Shown here: in pieces, positions 40,178-54,554 of the stretch | Numbering within the stretch: position 1 is the first letter of the stretch | Layout of the letters: the number at the start of each line of letters is the position of its first letter | Assembly: GCF_009914755.1 (NCBI RefSeq) | Contig: NC_060929.1 | DNA length: 64,000 bases | Source: the human T2T-CHM13v2.0 reference genome, Homo sapiens | Strand: one strand, 5' to 3' | The notes under the pieces: model-generated | What the model saw: only the letters and a program-made list of their open reading frames with translations | What the model was told of the DNA's origin: nothing | The model's database searches: none | Position numbers and translations under genes: made by a program

Positions 40178-41858
40178 ACAAATGACTTACAATATTACAT
40201 AAACTTAGTTGCTAAACCAGTAGCAGGGCTTGAGAGGATTGACTTCAGTTTTGATAGATGTTCTACCAACAGTAAAATGCTACCAAATATCGATGCATGC
40301 TACAGATAAATCTATCATGAAAGGTATACTCAATTGATGTGGCAAACTTCATTGTTGTATTATTTGAAGAAATTATCACAGCCACCCCAAGCTTCAGCCA
40401 CCACCCCCAAGTCAGCAGTGACCAACATGAAAGCAAAATACTCCACCGGCAAAAGTATGACCTGCTGAAGTCTCACATAATTGTTAGCAATTTTTGCAGT
40501 AATGTATTTTTAGCTAAGGTATGTATTTTGGGTTTTTTTTAGACATAATACTAACTGAACACTTAACAGTCTAAGGATAGTGTGAACATAACTTTCATGT
40601 ACTAGAAAACCAAATTATTTGTCTGACCTGCTTTATCATAATATTGCTTTATTGCAGTGGTATGGAGGGAAACCTGAAATATCTTCAAGTTATGGCTGTA
40701 TATATTTAGCAACATTTCCAAAATAATAGCTTACATTACATTTTGAGAGTCCATAGATCTGTGTCTTTCAATATTCCATAATTCTCAGAATGAGTGTTAA
40801 TGATTTCTAGCCATCTATGAACCATAGATCGTGAAAAAATTAAATAACACACCTACTATACCCTAATAAATATAATAATATTGATAATGACAGCTTATCA
40901 ACATAAATTATGCTATTAATTGTAGTCTTCCACCAAGATCTCTATTTTTCATAAGTGTCAATATGCATGTAGTTTATATTTTGTTGTTTTTAATTTTTAC
41001 CTTTTATTTCTAATAAACCTTAGCTAATGTTAATTCACAACTAGAGGTTACTAAAATGATACTAGTGTTTTTTTAGTGCTCTCTGTGATTTGGATATTTG
41101 CTTTAAATATGATTATAAAAATAATAGAAAATCATCTTTCTTTGAGTAAACCTTCAGATTTCATTATATAATAAGTTAAACATAGATGGCCTTCAAATGC
41201 TGGGCTTAGATATTTTTGCTTGGACAAAATGGTCATCATTTTGTTTTTTATTTGTTTGTAGAAGTAATTTATTCATAATCTTCTACATTGTTTGTATAAG
41301 CTTTTACCATACTGCCATTAATGTAATATATTGTCCTTAAGTGGAAAGAATAGAAAGTTTTTGGCATTTGAGTCATGACCCACTTTTTTCCCAACCTCTG
41401 TCAGCTCAATCTGATGGCAGTCTTTTCCTGAGATGTATGCAATAATACTAGAATTGCTCTACCTCCAGCTCCCAGTCTAAAACTACTAATACTAATTTCT
41501 CCCCAGGAGAAGTAGGCTGCAAGCAATTCTCATCTCCCTAACTCTATGGTGCCAAGTTTCTATTTCAGGTAGGCACATATAAGAGGTCTGGATTTTTTAG
41601 CTCCAACAAGAGGATAGACTCTACCCTAGACAGAGCAAGCTGAAAATAGACTCCAATCACTATCACCCCAAATTTCTAGTAAGTCAGAGTTTCCACGAAG
41701 GAAGATGCAAACTGATAGCAGAGGCTACTGTTCCCACCTGACACTGCTTATAAAGCCAGTGCATCATTCCATAACAAGTGGGTTACTGCCTTCATTCCCA
41801 GTTCTTGAGTAGTGGCTCAGATATTTTGTCCAGTAAGACATTCAGGCTGTAAGAACAG

Positions 41859-42257
41859 TTTTATGAATTAAAAGTTTTTGCCCCTTTCCCAAATTTTACA
41901 TGTTTAACTCCTAAATCTCAATATGACTGTAGGCAGAAATAGGATCTGTGAGGAGGTAATAAAGGTTAAATGAGGTCATTAGGGTGAAAGTCTAAAGTGA
42001 TAAGGCTGGTGACCTTATAAGAAGAGAAAATAACACCAGAACTATTTTTTCTCTCTCTTTTTCTGTCTCTCTCTGCCATGTAAAGACATAGCAAGAAGGC
42101 AGCCATGTGCAAGCCAGAAATAAATCTTTCACCAGAGCCTGAACTAGCTCGTACCTTGATCTTGGACTTCCCAGCCTCCAGAACTATGAAAATAAATTTC
42201 TGTTCTTTATACCCATTTTCTAGTATTATGTTTCGTTAGCCCAAGCAGACTGTTACA
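41859..42257 (+). mobile_element. MLT1A-family LTR
   Basis: GAGGTAATAAAGGTTAAATGAGGTCAT...CCTTGATCTTGGACTTCCCAGCCTCCAGAACT; 5-bp TSD AACAG/AGCAG. Confidence 0.9.
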
Positions 42258-43973
42258 AGCAGAAGCTGCTGAAACTCTCCCGAAGAATTAACTTTATTTG
42301 TGGCAGAGTATGGAGAAGTTCAAACCTAAGGGAGTACTCTGAAACGATAGAAATTTTCTGGTAAGCAATTAAAAGAAGGCTAGTAGTTCCAGGAGAACAA
42401 CAAGCTAAATTACAGACTGATTAGAAAGCTACCATAATCAGATAAAGAGACAGCTAAGAAGAGCCCTCTTGGGGTTGGAATAGGACTCAAAAACTGGGAT
42501 CGAAGACCAGCTCCACAAAATGAATAGATGTAATTGAATCAGACTGAGGAACACGTTCAGCCACAGGACAGTGTTGAGTAAAAAACAACAATCAGTTGGC
42601 AAGTAGCAGAGCCTAAAAGTGTGGTGTAGGCAGATATCTTTACAGAGATATCAGGGGAAAAGACCATCAAAGACAACCCATTAAAACCACTGTCATCCCA
42701 AGGCAATTGTACTCATGGTAAGGGTTATACCTTGGGATGAGGAAAATCAGGAGCTTCAGACAATGAGAGTAATAGACTTCCCTGGAGTGGTCCAGCCAAG
42801 TCGCTAAATAAATAAACAAGAAAAGGACACTAAAAACAGCCCCAGAATTAAAGGAAGGGAGAAACTATAACATATTATCTTAAAATGTTTGCATTTTAAC
42901 TGAAAGTATGAGACATGAAAAGAAACAGGAAAGTGTGACCCATATACAATAAAAAGCAGACAATAGAAGCTGTGTTTCAGGGATCCCAGAAGGTGGGATT
43001 GTCAAATAAAATTTCAAAGCTGCTATTATAAATATGTTCAAAAAACTAAAGAAAACATCAGTGAAAGAACTAAATATGATGATAATGGCTCATGAAATAG
43101 AAAATATCAAAAATGACTCAATTATTTAAAAACTAATTATAATTTTAGAGTTAAATAGTATAATACCTAAAATGAAAATTTTACTCTAAAAGCTCTGGAG
43201 ATTTAACTAGTAAAAGAATCATCACACTTGAAGACAAGCCAACAGATTGTGCAGTCTGACTAACAGAGAGAAGAAAGAATAAAGAAAAATATAGAGAAAG
43301 ATGTGAGACACTCTAGTGGACTAACATATGCACACAATGGGAATGAGTATTAGGGGATGAGGATAGAGAGAACGCAGTAAAAAATAATAATAATAATAAT
43401 GGCTGAAGTTTCCCAAATTTGATTAAAAGCAACAATCCATATAGCCACGAAGGTCAATGAACTTCAGGCAGAATAAGTATAAAACAATATACAGAATTAT
43501 AGTAAAATTGACAAAAGAAAGACTATATTGAAAGTAGCAGGATAAAAATTACTCAATAAATAGAAGGAAGCCCTCAAAAGACTTATAGCTGACTTCTCAT
43601 CAGAAATAATGGAGAACAGAAGGCAATACAACAATCTATTAAAGTGCTAAAAAAAGAAAATGAATTTGTCAACCAAGAAGCTTATTGCAAAGCAGACTAT
43701 CTTTCAAGAGTTAAGAGGAAGCAAAGACTTTACAGAGAAACAAAACTGAGAAATTTTGTTGCTAGTAGGCATACATTAGAGGAAATACTAAAGGCATTTC
43801 TACAGGCTAAAAGCAAGTGACCCCAGCAATAATTCAAATCCACATGAATTAAATATTAGTGCTGGTAGTGGTAATTATGTAATTACAAATAAAATATAAT
43901 CTCATATTTTATTTCATCCTAACTGATTTAAAAGCTCTGAATAAAACAATATGTATATAATTTTATTGGTGGG

Positions 43974-44379
43974 TGCCTTAAACCATTTGTGCTGCTGTAA
44001 TAAAATACCACACACATCACGTAATTTGTAAACAATAGAAATTTATTCCTCACAGTTCTGGAGACTGGGAAGTCCAAGATCAAGGTGCTGGCAGGTTTAG
44101 CGTCTGGAAAGAGTTGGTGTCTCTTCTTCTAAGATGGTGCGTTGTGGCTGGAACCTCTATAGGGGATGAATATTGTGTTGTTACATGGCAGAAGTAATGG
44201 AAGGACAAAAAGGGCCTGAGCTAGTTCCCTCAAGCTGTTTTATAAGGCACTAATTTATTCATGAGGTAGACCCTTTAGGACTTATCATTTCCCTAAATGC
44301 CCTATATTTCAATACCACTACTACAATGGAGACAAAATTTCAACTTGAATTTTAGAGGGGTCACATTCAAAGAATAGCA
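43974..44379 (-). mobile_element. MSTD-like MaLR LTR
   Basis: CTCACAGTTCTGGAGACTGGGAAGTCCAAGATCAAGG; 5-bp TSD GTGGG/TTGGG. Confidence 0.85.
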
Positions 44380-46806
44380 TTGGGCTTATAAAACATAGAA
44401 AAAATAATATATTTAATAGGAAAAGCATAAAAGATATGGGTGGGAATAAAGCTAAAGCAAAGCAAGATAATGAAATCAGATGATAACTTGAACCCACAAG
44501 AAAAATGAAGACAACAAGAGATGGTAAATAAAAGTTCATATAACAAAATCTATAAACATATCCTTAAAGCCTTTCTTTGATCAATGTTTCTAAAAGACAT
44601 AAAATGATTTAAAGTAATAATTGTAAAATTTTATTGTTGAATTTGTAACATATAGACATAATAGTCATAGCAATAGTAATACAAAAATTCAGAAGAGGGA
44701 ATATATCTATATAAGAATAATATTTCTGTATCTCACTGGAATTAGCTTATTACAAATATGAAATAGATTTTGATCAGATTTATAAGATAAGCCCTAAAGT
44801 AGCTACTACATAATATTAATAACTCAAATATGTAATAAAGTTTAGTTTAAAAAATTAAGCGTTATGATAAAAATATTCAATTGATGCAAAAGAAAGCAGT
44901 AAAAGACAAATCAAGGAAAAACAAGCTATAAGGCTTATAGAAACAAAAAAATGTAAAATGGAAGACATAAATCCAACTGTAAATGTTTTTAACTGTAAAT
45001 GTTTTAAACAATTCAATCAGAAGGCAGAGTTTATAAGACTGAATTTTAAAACACAAGCTTGAAACATATGCTTTCTACAATAATCACTTTTTAAAATTTA
45101 AAGATACAAATAGTTTTAAAGTTAAGAGATGGAAAAAACATATCATTCAAACAATAAGCATGAGAAAAATTGTATAGCTATGCAAATATCATACAAAATA
45201 GTTTCTTAAACAAAAACATGTTAACAGAGATGAGTAGAGACATTTTATAATAAGCAAGTGAATCAATCAAAACGATAGAATGCTTTATGTATAAATGCTT
45301 CCAACAAATAAGGCCCAAAATACATGATGTAAAATCTAACATAATTGAAAGGAGAAATTTATAATTTAGGAAAAATAATAATTGGATATTTTAATACCAT
45401 ACTTTGAATACTTGTACAAATAATTAGGCAGAAAATAAACAAACTGAAGGTATGAAGAAGACTAAACCAAGTACATTTAGCAGATATTTATAAAATGCAT
45501 AAGTATTAAAATGTATACTTTTCTAAAAATATAAGCCATATCATTATTCCTTTAAGCAACTTTCTCCTTCATACCTATTTTGGAGGCTACTTGATATGAA
45601 CCAACTTTTCAGTGAGGTAATTTTTTAAATATTTTGTTTCTTTTATTTCCAGAGAGTATCATTTTTACCATTTTATATTCTAATTCTCTAAATCAATCAT
45701 CTACCATTGTAATAATCTATAAATTTAATTCAGTAAGCTTTATTTAGAATACTTTTACTGTAAATTTTTATAATTTTCTTTGGTTTGTTTGTATAGTTTT
45801 TCTAAGATACCCTATCTATTCTTTATTATGAACATAATTTCCTGTCTGTCCATGAACAAATTTATAATAGTGTCAAAGATACATTTTAATAATTCTGGGT
45901 TCTTTTATTTTCCCTAAGCCAGTACCCATTTTTTAATTTAATTTTTATATCAGACAGTTTATGGTGGTTTATCTTCCTTGTAGTGGGCAGTGGTTAAAAT
46001 ATTTACTCAATTATTTCTGTCTTCCACCCATTGTTCTCCATCACTAACCTGGGCATTTACTATATCTGTGTGAATTTCAGGGATTAGCCAGTGGTTAATT
46101 TATACAAAAACTTTCTCCAGAATTTCCTCCTATTATATAGGTGTCCTTAGAGCCCTAAACTCTGTCTTCCAACTTTTAAGAGTAGTAACACTGTGCATTT
46201 CTGACTGAATTCCAGCCTTCTATATTGTGAGGAGTGAATGAGAAATGTCCTCAGGTGAGAAGTGGCATAACTATGTTATCACCAATGGTAGTTTTCTTTT
46301 TTGTGAGTCTATCTTTATTCACTTTTTTACTCTCTAACTTAGACAAGTAGAATATAGATATATTCTACTTTCTACTAAATTTTGTCATCCTCCAGGGTCT
46401 TCAAGTATTTTTAAAATTTTGTTCAATGTAGGTATGTATATGTGTGTATATGATATGTGTGTATATGATATGTGCGTTGGAGCTTCAAGAACGTTGGTTT
46501 GATCAAGCCACTTGACCATTAGCAGAAATTTCTTGGACTCATGAATATAATTTTAGTGAACAGCACTGAATTATTTCCAGGCATTTTTTTTCAAACATTA
46601 TTATATATAATGATCTGTGAAGTACTGATTCAAGCTCTACAAATTAGTTATTTCAATCGCCTATAAACTGAAATATTTTCCAGCAAGCAAATATGAAATA
46701 ATTTACCTACCTCTGCATATTTTACATCATTAATATTATTGGGTGTCCAAATTGTCATTTGTACAGTTAATTTTTGTAAAAAATCAGTTATAATCTCTTC
46801 TCCCTT

Positions 46807-46808
<2 letters not shown>

Positions 46809-46845
<37 letters not shown>
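46809..46845. repeat. (AC)18 microsatellite
   Basis: Counted directly. Confidence 0.97.
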
Positions 46846-46849
<4 letters not shown>

Positions 46850-49458
46850 ATTTATGATTGCTTTGGCATCTAATTAAATAAATTTGTGATGTAACTTTTT
46901 CAAAAAAATCAGGTTTGAAGAATACAGATAACCTTGGACTCCTTTTTTGTTGTTAGAATGTTTGTTTCTTGCTGGATATTGTTTTATACTTTTATTATAT
47001 CAAATAAGAAGTCACTGCACTTTAATGGAAGATTACTTTGGAACTTTGATTGCTTTCTTCTAATTTTGATGATTTTGACAATATGTTATATAGTGCAATG
47101 TTGACTGAAAGAATCAGAGAACCAATATATTGTAATTTTGAGATAATAATATTACATATTTTTAACCTTCAAAGTTGTGCTTTTATTTTTATTTTATAAA
47201 GCAGTTGCACTAATAAAATTATTTATTGGTTTACTTTATTTATTTCTAACTCAAGACTTATTTATTATTTGCATTGATAGCATTTAAAGACCAATATTTA
47301 CTTTGCTGTTTTCATCAAAAAATTAAATTCAAAAAACCATTTATTAATAACTTATCTAGTTTCTATTAACAGAAGACATACCACAACACAGCAGTTGCAC
47401 TGAAAAAAAAAAAAGGTTTAAGACATAAAAATAAGCCAAACCATAATGGAACTAATAGTAATAAAAAGAAATATTAAAAAATAATGGATAAATTACATGA
47501 CAATTTTCACTCTGTTTATTCAAGGCTAACTAAAGTAAGTTGGCAGTGGAGTCTTTTTAGGGAATGTGAACACCTTCAAGGTGTATTTTGAAGAGCATAA
47601 AAATATCCAAGGGGATTAAAATTTATATTAATTAAATTATTTCACATCATTAAATATGTGAAATATATACGTGCCAGATTAAATCATCTTTTCCTCTGAC
47701 ATCACCAAGCAGCTGATTGGCAGATCATTGTACTGTTTGAGTATCCCCCACTGATGAATACTGATAGTTATTAGCCACAAAAATACTAGTGTAAGAAAAA
47801 TTATTCCATAAATATTATTCATCAGTGTATGTTTCTCAATATCATAGAGCTTTCAGAACTGCCTCATGTTCTACAAGTATGACTTTGACATTTTAGTAAT
47901 AATACTTACTGTTCTTTTTCCTTTATACTCGTTTTACATTGGTTTGAAGCAAAAATTAGTAATAGAAATTGTTTTTCTGAAGTGCATATGTAGTATAAAC
48001 TAAAAGTATAAGATAGAACTATAATAAAAACTACATTTGTCTTAAAACTATCTCTATATGTAACAAACTGCATCCTAACTTACAATGTAAACAAACTGTA
48101 ACCTATCAAGTAGCTGAATCTCAGCCAATCATAGCAGACAAGCTTTAGCCAATCACAGGCTGCCAAAGGATTAGAACATGTGCATTTAAGGTAAAAGTCA
48201 AGCTGTAATCAACCAAACTGTTACTGTATGTCACTTCCTTTTTCTGTCCATAAATACTGTCTGTCCACATTGCTAGGTGGAACTGTCTGAACCTCTCCTT
48301 GTTCTGAGTCCTGCCTGATTCTTTGTTCAGATAAACTCTGCTAAATTTAATTTATCTAAGGCTTTTCTTTGAACAATTTGGCATTATAAGTGGAATCCAA
48401 AGTAGACCTCAGTGACCCACAGGAGATCCAGGTGGCCAAGTAAGTAAAGGTACCTCTGGGTCAATTGTGCCTGTAGCTCTCTTATAGCAACTGGGGTCGT
48501 GGGCAAACTCTGTCTCAGGTTGGAACTCCACAAGCTTGTGTTTTGAGCATTCTGAGTTAGAGTATTCTTAATCCAGACTAAATTTGGAAGTCACAACAGA
48601 AACAAGACTGGGTCTGTAGGGAGGCTTCAACTATTTGATTGGGTGAGAGAGAAACTGGACTTTGTTCAGTAGGTAGATAAGGTTGCCAAAAGAAAGAAAA
48701 TCATGGGTTTATCTGTATCAAAGGATGTTGAAACTTTTTCACCGGCAACTCCAGCCAATTTCATTTTAAGAACATAGACTCAAAACCTGTGCTTGTATAG
48801 AGAAATGGGTAAACTCTACTAAAAGTAACTTGGAGTTACAGAGGCCACAATGAGGAAACGTCTTACCAAAGAAAAACAGGTGTATGTCATTATAGCTAAA
48901 ACAGCTACATGAACAAGAAAATCTACTCATAGATATTTTTAAACCCAAACTGAGAGATCTCAACTAAAGAACATGTTCTCTGAGAAGTCTGCCTTTATTG
49001 TAATTAGCCAAGTCATTGGATAAAAAATTGTCCACTCTTACACCAGCAATCTGATGGAACCACTCCCTTTGGCCTGGACTGTTTCCCCACTTGAGAAAGC
49101 CTCCAAAGGTTTTACCCCTGGGACAGTAATCGACCAATCCATCAGAGAGAAAATATAATATTTCTGTGTTGGAGGTTTCAAATCAAGACCAAAAGTCTCT
49201 GTGTCTGAACCTGTTTAATTGGCACATGGACGATTTTTATAAAAATGTTTTTAAAATTTAGTCATCTCTGTTTTCTCTAGTTGATCCTGCATCTCCCATG
49301 GGAATCTTTCACCTGACTAAAACCTCACTTCTCAAACTCCTGCTGACTATGTTCTCTTCCCCTTGCTCATATTGTCATAATCTTTGCTATGCTCCAAAAC
49401 TCATTCTTGGAAAGCAAATTGATTTGTCTGTCATTCAATCTTGAAAATAAACAAATAA

Positions 49459-49764
49459 GGCTGGGCGCAGTGGCTCATGCGTGTAATCCCAGAACTCTGG
49501 GAGGCCTAGGTGGGTGGATAACCTGAGGTCATGTATTTGAGACCAGCCTGACCAACATGGCAAAACCCCATCTCTACTAAAAATACAAAAATTAACTCAG
49601 TGTCGTGACACATGTTTGTAATCCCACCTCCTCAGAAGGCTGACACAGGAGAATCACTTGAACCTGTTAGGCAGAGATTGCAGTGAGCCGAGATCGTGCC
49701 ACTGTACTCCAGCCTGGGCTACAGAGTGAGACTTCTGTCTCAAAAAGAAAGAAAGAAAAAGAAA
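49459..49764 (+). mobile_element. AluS (Sx/Sz-like)
   Basis: Full Alu; TSD GAAAATAAACAAATAA at 49443-49458 and 49765-49780. Confidence 0.95.
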
Positions 49765-50170
49765 GAAAATAAACAAATAAACAAACATGAACTTTACAGT
49801 GTATATGCTGAGTCTAGACACAAAATGCTTGTATTCTTGTACCTGGCACGTGGCTAAAATGAATGAAATCTATAACATCAGTTTCTGTCTACATGTTTAT
49901 TATATCTATACATATGACATATATGTGTGATATTTTTCTATCTTCTTATGATATTGCCAAAATCAAATTGTAAAGGAGTTCCATTTAATTGGCTTAAAGA
50001 AAAACATATGCTTATATAAACTGTTCTCTCAGAAAAACAAAAACTAATCCAAATGCTCTTCAAGTTCATGTGACTTGGATCATTTACAGCAAATAAGGAT
50101 AATGTTGGTTTGATTAAAACAGGCATATCTTCAGGGTTGTCAACATTAAATAGAATACAGACACAGGGTT

Positions 50171-50479
<309 letters not shown>

Positions 50480-51000
50480 TTACTGCCTAGATGTACTGGT
50501 AAAATAAGTTATGTTGCTTCTGTATTACAAAATATGTCAGCAAAATAAAAAGAAAAGGGGGAGAGAAAATGGGTAGTCGCCTAATTGTCTCATCTTCATA
50601 AGCAATCCAAGCATAATTGTTAAAAACAAGTGAGTTAAATAGATGTAAATAAGATAAAATTATCATGTGAAAGATGTCCTCCCTATATTGGAAGATAGTA
50701 ACATTCTTATTATCAAGAATGAAAAGTTGAGGCTGAGGGAAATCTTTACAAACAACAATTTAATTCTCAAGCCTAGCCAAAAGTACCTAAGGAGATAAAG
50801 GTAAAATTTTGTCGCCTCTGGAGTTTCTTATTACAGGGAGAATAAAAATACGTGGGACCATTAATAAACAGGCTCTGTTCCACACTGACAAATTATACCA
50901 CAAGAAAAATCATGCTCCTAAAAATTATGAATTATATAACCCCTTAATTGTTGGTAGCCTCTAACCATGCAATATTTTGATAACGGAGGCTTGGATAAAT

Positions 51001-51600
51001 ACTACTAGAGAATTTCTACTGGTGAGTTCCAATGAAGAAGGCATCCCACATGGAACTGTCAGTTGTGCCTGTCTAGGATATATTATTATTTGTACAGAAT
51101 TTAACAACCTACCATATGTGCAGGCAACTGTGTGTCTCAGTAAGTGAAAAATAAGCGACCAATGTGGATTAGAAATTCTAAAAGTACATCCGTCACTCAA
51201 TAACCAACTGGAAATTAAACATTGGTCAACACCTCTTAATTTTTACTATGGAATAAAAAGGAAACTGTCAGAAGGAATAAATCCCTTTAAATGGGCATCT
51301 TTGGTGGAGAATCTTCTTCCCTGGCTTGGCGTACATGTAAATAAATTTATAATTAGAAATCTATTTCAAACATTATCTGCTATAGCTGACTCTACTGCAA
51401 AGACTATAGTTGCTTAGCAAACTTTAAAAAAATTATATTGCTAAAGTTGTTTTCAATATCAGGATTGCTTTGGACTATGAGCTGAACGGGGGGGGACTGT
51501 GATAGCTTAACATTTCCTGCTGCAATTGAATAAATACATCTTGTAAGGTTAAAAACTCAACTGCAAGAAATCAACAAACAAGCTGCTTCGTCTATACAAG
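51001..51600 (+). pseudogene. env: env remnant of the MER57-like provirus
   Basis: Translation from 51001: ...CACLGYIIIC...YYGIKR/KLSEGINPFKWASLVENLLPWLGVHVNKFIIRNLFQTLSAIADSTAKTIVA*Q; after a frameshift AKVVFNIRIALDY...SCC (ISD and CC motif). Confidence 0.85.
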
Positions 51601-53039
51601 TAGATTTCTCTTCCAGCTGATTTGTGATATGATTGATTTTGATTGGTTCAATTCCTGGGGGTCCCTGTTAAGAAGTACATTTTAGTCTGTTAGTATTAGG
51701 TTTCTGATAGCCAGTATAGTAGTTTCCCTGATTCGCCATATCCTCTCAAGTCTTAAATTATTGTATGCAGCCAGCCATTATACATCAAATGGTCTCATAA
51801 GCATTAATGAGAACACAACGAAAACTTAGAGATATTCAACTGACCTGACGTTGTAAATTTTAAATTCTATACTGAGAAATTGTAATACTGTAACATTTAA
51901 ATTCTATACTCTCTACACTGTCTTTTTGACAGTGGCAGAGAGTAATGTCAATTTCCAAGGTTTTTGTCACTGTCTCAAAGTTGAGAAGCTGACTAAAAGG
52001 GGGAAATTGTTAAGTTAATTAGTTTGGTCTAAAGCTGTCTCTATACTTAGTAAACTAAAAGCCAACTTAGTGTGTAAACAAACTGTAACCTAACTTAAGA
52101 GTATATTCTTGTAATAAATAGCTGAGTCTCAGACAATCACAGCAGCTGAGCTTCAGCCAGTCACAGGCTACCAACTGATAAGACCATGTCTATATAAGGC
52201 AAATGTCAAGCTGTAACCAGTCAAGCTGTTTCTGTGTGTCACTTCTTTATTCTGTCCATAAATACTGCCTGCCCACATTGCTGGGTGGAGCTGTCTGAAC
52301 ATCTCTTTGTTCTGTGTCCTAAACTCTGCTAAATTTAATTTGGCTGAAGTTTTTATTCTAAGAGAAGCTAATACCACTGAGCAATTTAATTTTATGAATC
52401 AGACAATAAACTGCAATTACAGAAGTTTGTTTTTATTTTGTTTGATCTATGACAAGTACATCAGATATCTATGAAGCATTATAACCACTAAATAATGAGA
52501 GGTAGAAGATAGTTTGGTTTTTATATTTATTATGGGAGTAAAATGTTTGCATGGATATATAAGATGACATTTATAGAAAACTGTTATTGACTCAGTACTT
52601 AGAGTTTTCATTAGAAATTAACAAAAGTAAGCATACCTCATGAGTTTTTAAATAACAACAGAATGAAATACATTCTGTCATTCGGGGAAAAATTTAAATT
52701 GAAAATAAATTTGATAGTTTTGGGACATATTCAGGGTTTTTTAAATAAAAAATTTACAGCAAAAGATACAATAAAGAAGAAAAAGAAACATCTGGCAGCT
52801 TAGTGTCTGGAAGCAGTGCACTGAGTATGACTTATCAACGTTAATTGAGTTTTAGTTAGCAAAAAAAGAAAGACATAAATATATAGAAAACATTAGACTA
52901 TCATATAATTTTATTTAGTAATTATAGCTGTACTAAATATCTCTATTCAGTTACAGTTTCTACAACTTAGGATAAAACAGGATCATTTGGAAAAGTACAA
53001 AGAAGAGTAATAAAAATGATTAAATGATCACTCTTAAAT

Positions 53040-53071
53040 GCTATGTATATATGTATGTTATATATAACATA

Positions 53072-53103
<32 letters not shown>

Positions 53104-53110
53104 CACACAC
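53040..53110. repeat. (TA)/(TG)/(CA) compound microsatellite
   Basis: Seen directly. Confidence 0.9.
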
Positions 53111-53115
53111 AAAAA

Positions 53116-53175
53116 TTTGTACATTTTTGAAGAAGCTGTATAGGTTTGAGTCAACCACACATGATTTTTGACAAA
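53116..53175 (+). repeat. 60-bp dispersed direct repeat, copy 1
   Basis: 59/60 identical to 54242-54301. Confidence 0.97.
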
Positions 53176-54241
53176 TCATATATATATAAATTAAGGGATT
53201 TTATATTATTCAACCAGAAAATGAGTGGTCTTTGATAATGGTGGACTACTCTTATATCCTATGCAGATAAGTTGAACCTCGAATGCAAACTTGAGCTTGT
53301 GTATCTGTTAATAATTAGTATTAATTTTATTACTGATTTTGCTTTAATTGAAAAGAGTAGCAGCAGTAGAAGCAGTAACAACAAACAATAAAAACTTCTT
53401 CAAAACCAGACTGTTTTCTTGTTGAGGTGTTTCTTACCACTTACATTTGCACATTGACTTCCAGCCTCACTAAACGTGCTTGTACTCTCACTTGTCTCAC
53501 AAAGTCACTGGCAAAACACAGAATTCTTGTCATGCCTTGTTACTCAGCACTTCTTCTTCCATTGCCATCAGTCTTTAAGGGTTCTCCTCTTTCAGGCTCG
53601 TATTCCAGACCTCGGGCAAATATATGTCCACTGTTGATCGCAATAACACAGCGTCTCTTGGTGGCAAGCTCTGATGATCCAGAGCAACTCAGAGACGAAA
53701 ACAGCATTATCTTATCCAAATAAGCACATTCCTTCTTTGCCTTGAGGCTCTCGGTCTAATGGCAAGCCTTTGGAAACTAGTCTTTCTCATTTGAACCACA
53801 GAACAGAGAAAAATATGTGTGACTATTATCTCAATTCTCCAAAGAATGGTACTAGTATTATGCTAGGTGCCTGGGAAATTTTATTATACGTAATGGATAG
53901 ACACTTTAATACATTAAGCCTTCATTCTTACTGAATCACTGGCAGAAAAACTCTAAACCTCTATGTCATGCTTGTAACTTTTCTCAGGTGATCTTCCATA
54001 CTTATCTGGATATTGACCCTGAGGATCGGGCGTCCGGGAGAAGATTCTGATTAACCCCTTGTTGTTTATTTGCTTCCTACTCTCTATCAGTGGGAAGAGA
54101 CAAGATTATCTTTTTTGGTCTCCTTTATAATTTGGGGGAAGACTTTCCCTATATCGTATTGCCGTTCCTCTGCCCTGAGGGGTAAGTTTGGGACAGACAG
54201 CAAACTCTATGGATTCCTCATAACTAGTGGGAGTGTCTGAC

Positions 54242-54301
54242 TTTGTACATTTTTGAAGAAGCTGTATAGGTTTGAGTCAACCGCACATGATTTTTGACAA
54301 A
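54242..54301 (+). repeat. 60-bp dispersed direct repeat, copy 2
   Basis: 59/60 identical to 53116-53175. Confidence 0.97.
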
Positions 54302-54554
54302 AGACTTTTAGGATAATTAAAAATTACAGAAAATAAGGATATATTGGCTTAATATTGACTTGATAGTCCTCAAACATTCACCTTATAAAGCAACTATATG
54401 ACTTTAAGTAGCTTTATCTAAAATTTTTGAAGCTCTCTATAACAATTTACATTAATGAGTGTGGTGGGACCCCAATAAACTACCATGCTGATTTTCACAC
54501 ATATTATAATTTTAAAATATGTCAAAAATCCAGAGGATAAGTTTTCATATATTC

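Larger units (their letters stand above)
41340..45520 (+). mobile_element. Old L1M 5' portion (5'UTR, ORF1, start of ORF2), interrupted by two MaLR LTRs
   Basis: ORF1 motifs such as ATAGCTGACTTCTCATCAGAAATAATGGAGAACAGAAGGCAAT and endonuclease-region sequence at ~44950-45500. Confidence 0.8.

Noticed and set aside
47749-47827. CTGATGA...GAAA as a hammerhead ribozyme
   Set aside because: The core itself is paired in the 12-bp inverted repeat, and stems I and II do not fit the consensus
53665-53705. Hammerhead-like CTGATGA...CGAAA
   Set aside because: The stem II closing pair is T-C, no proper stem I closes next to the core, and the only stem III partner gives a non-cleavable UG; the local GCTCTG/CAGAGC hairpin sequesters the core
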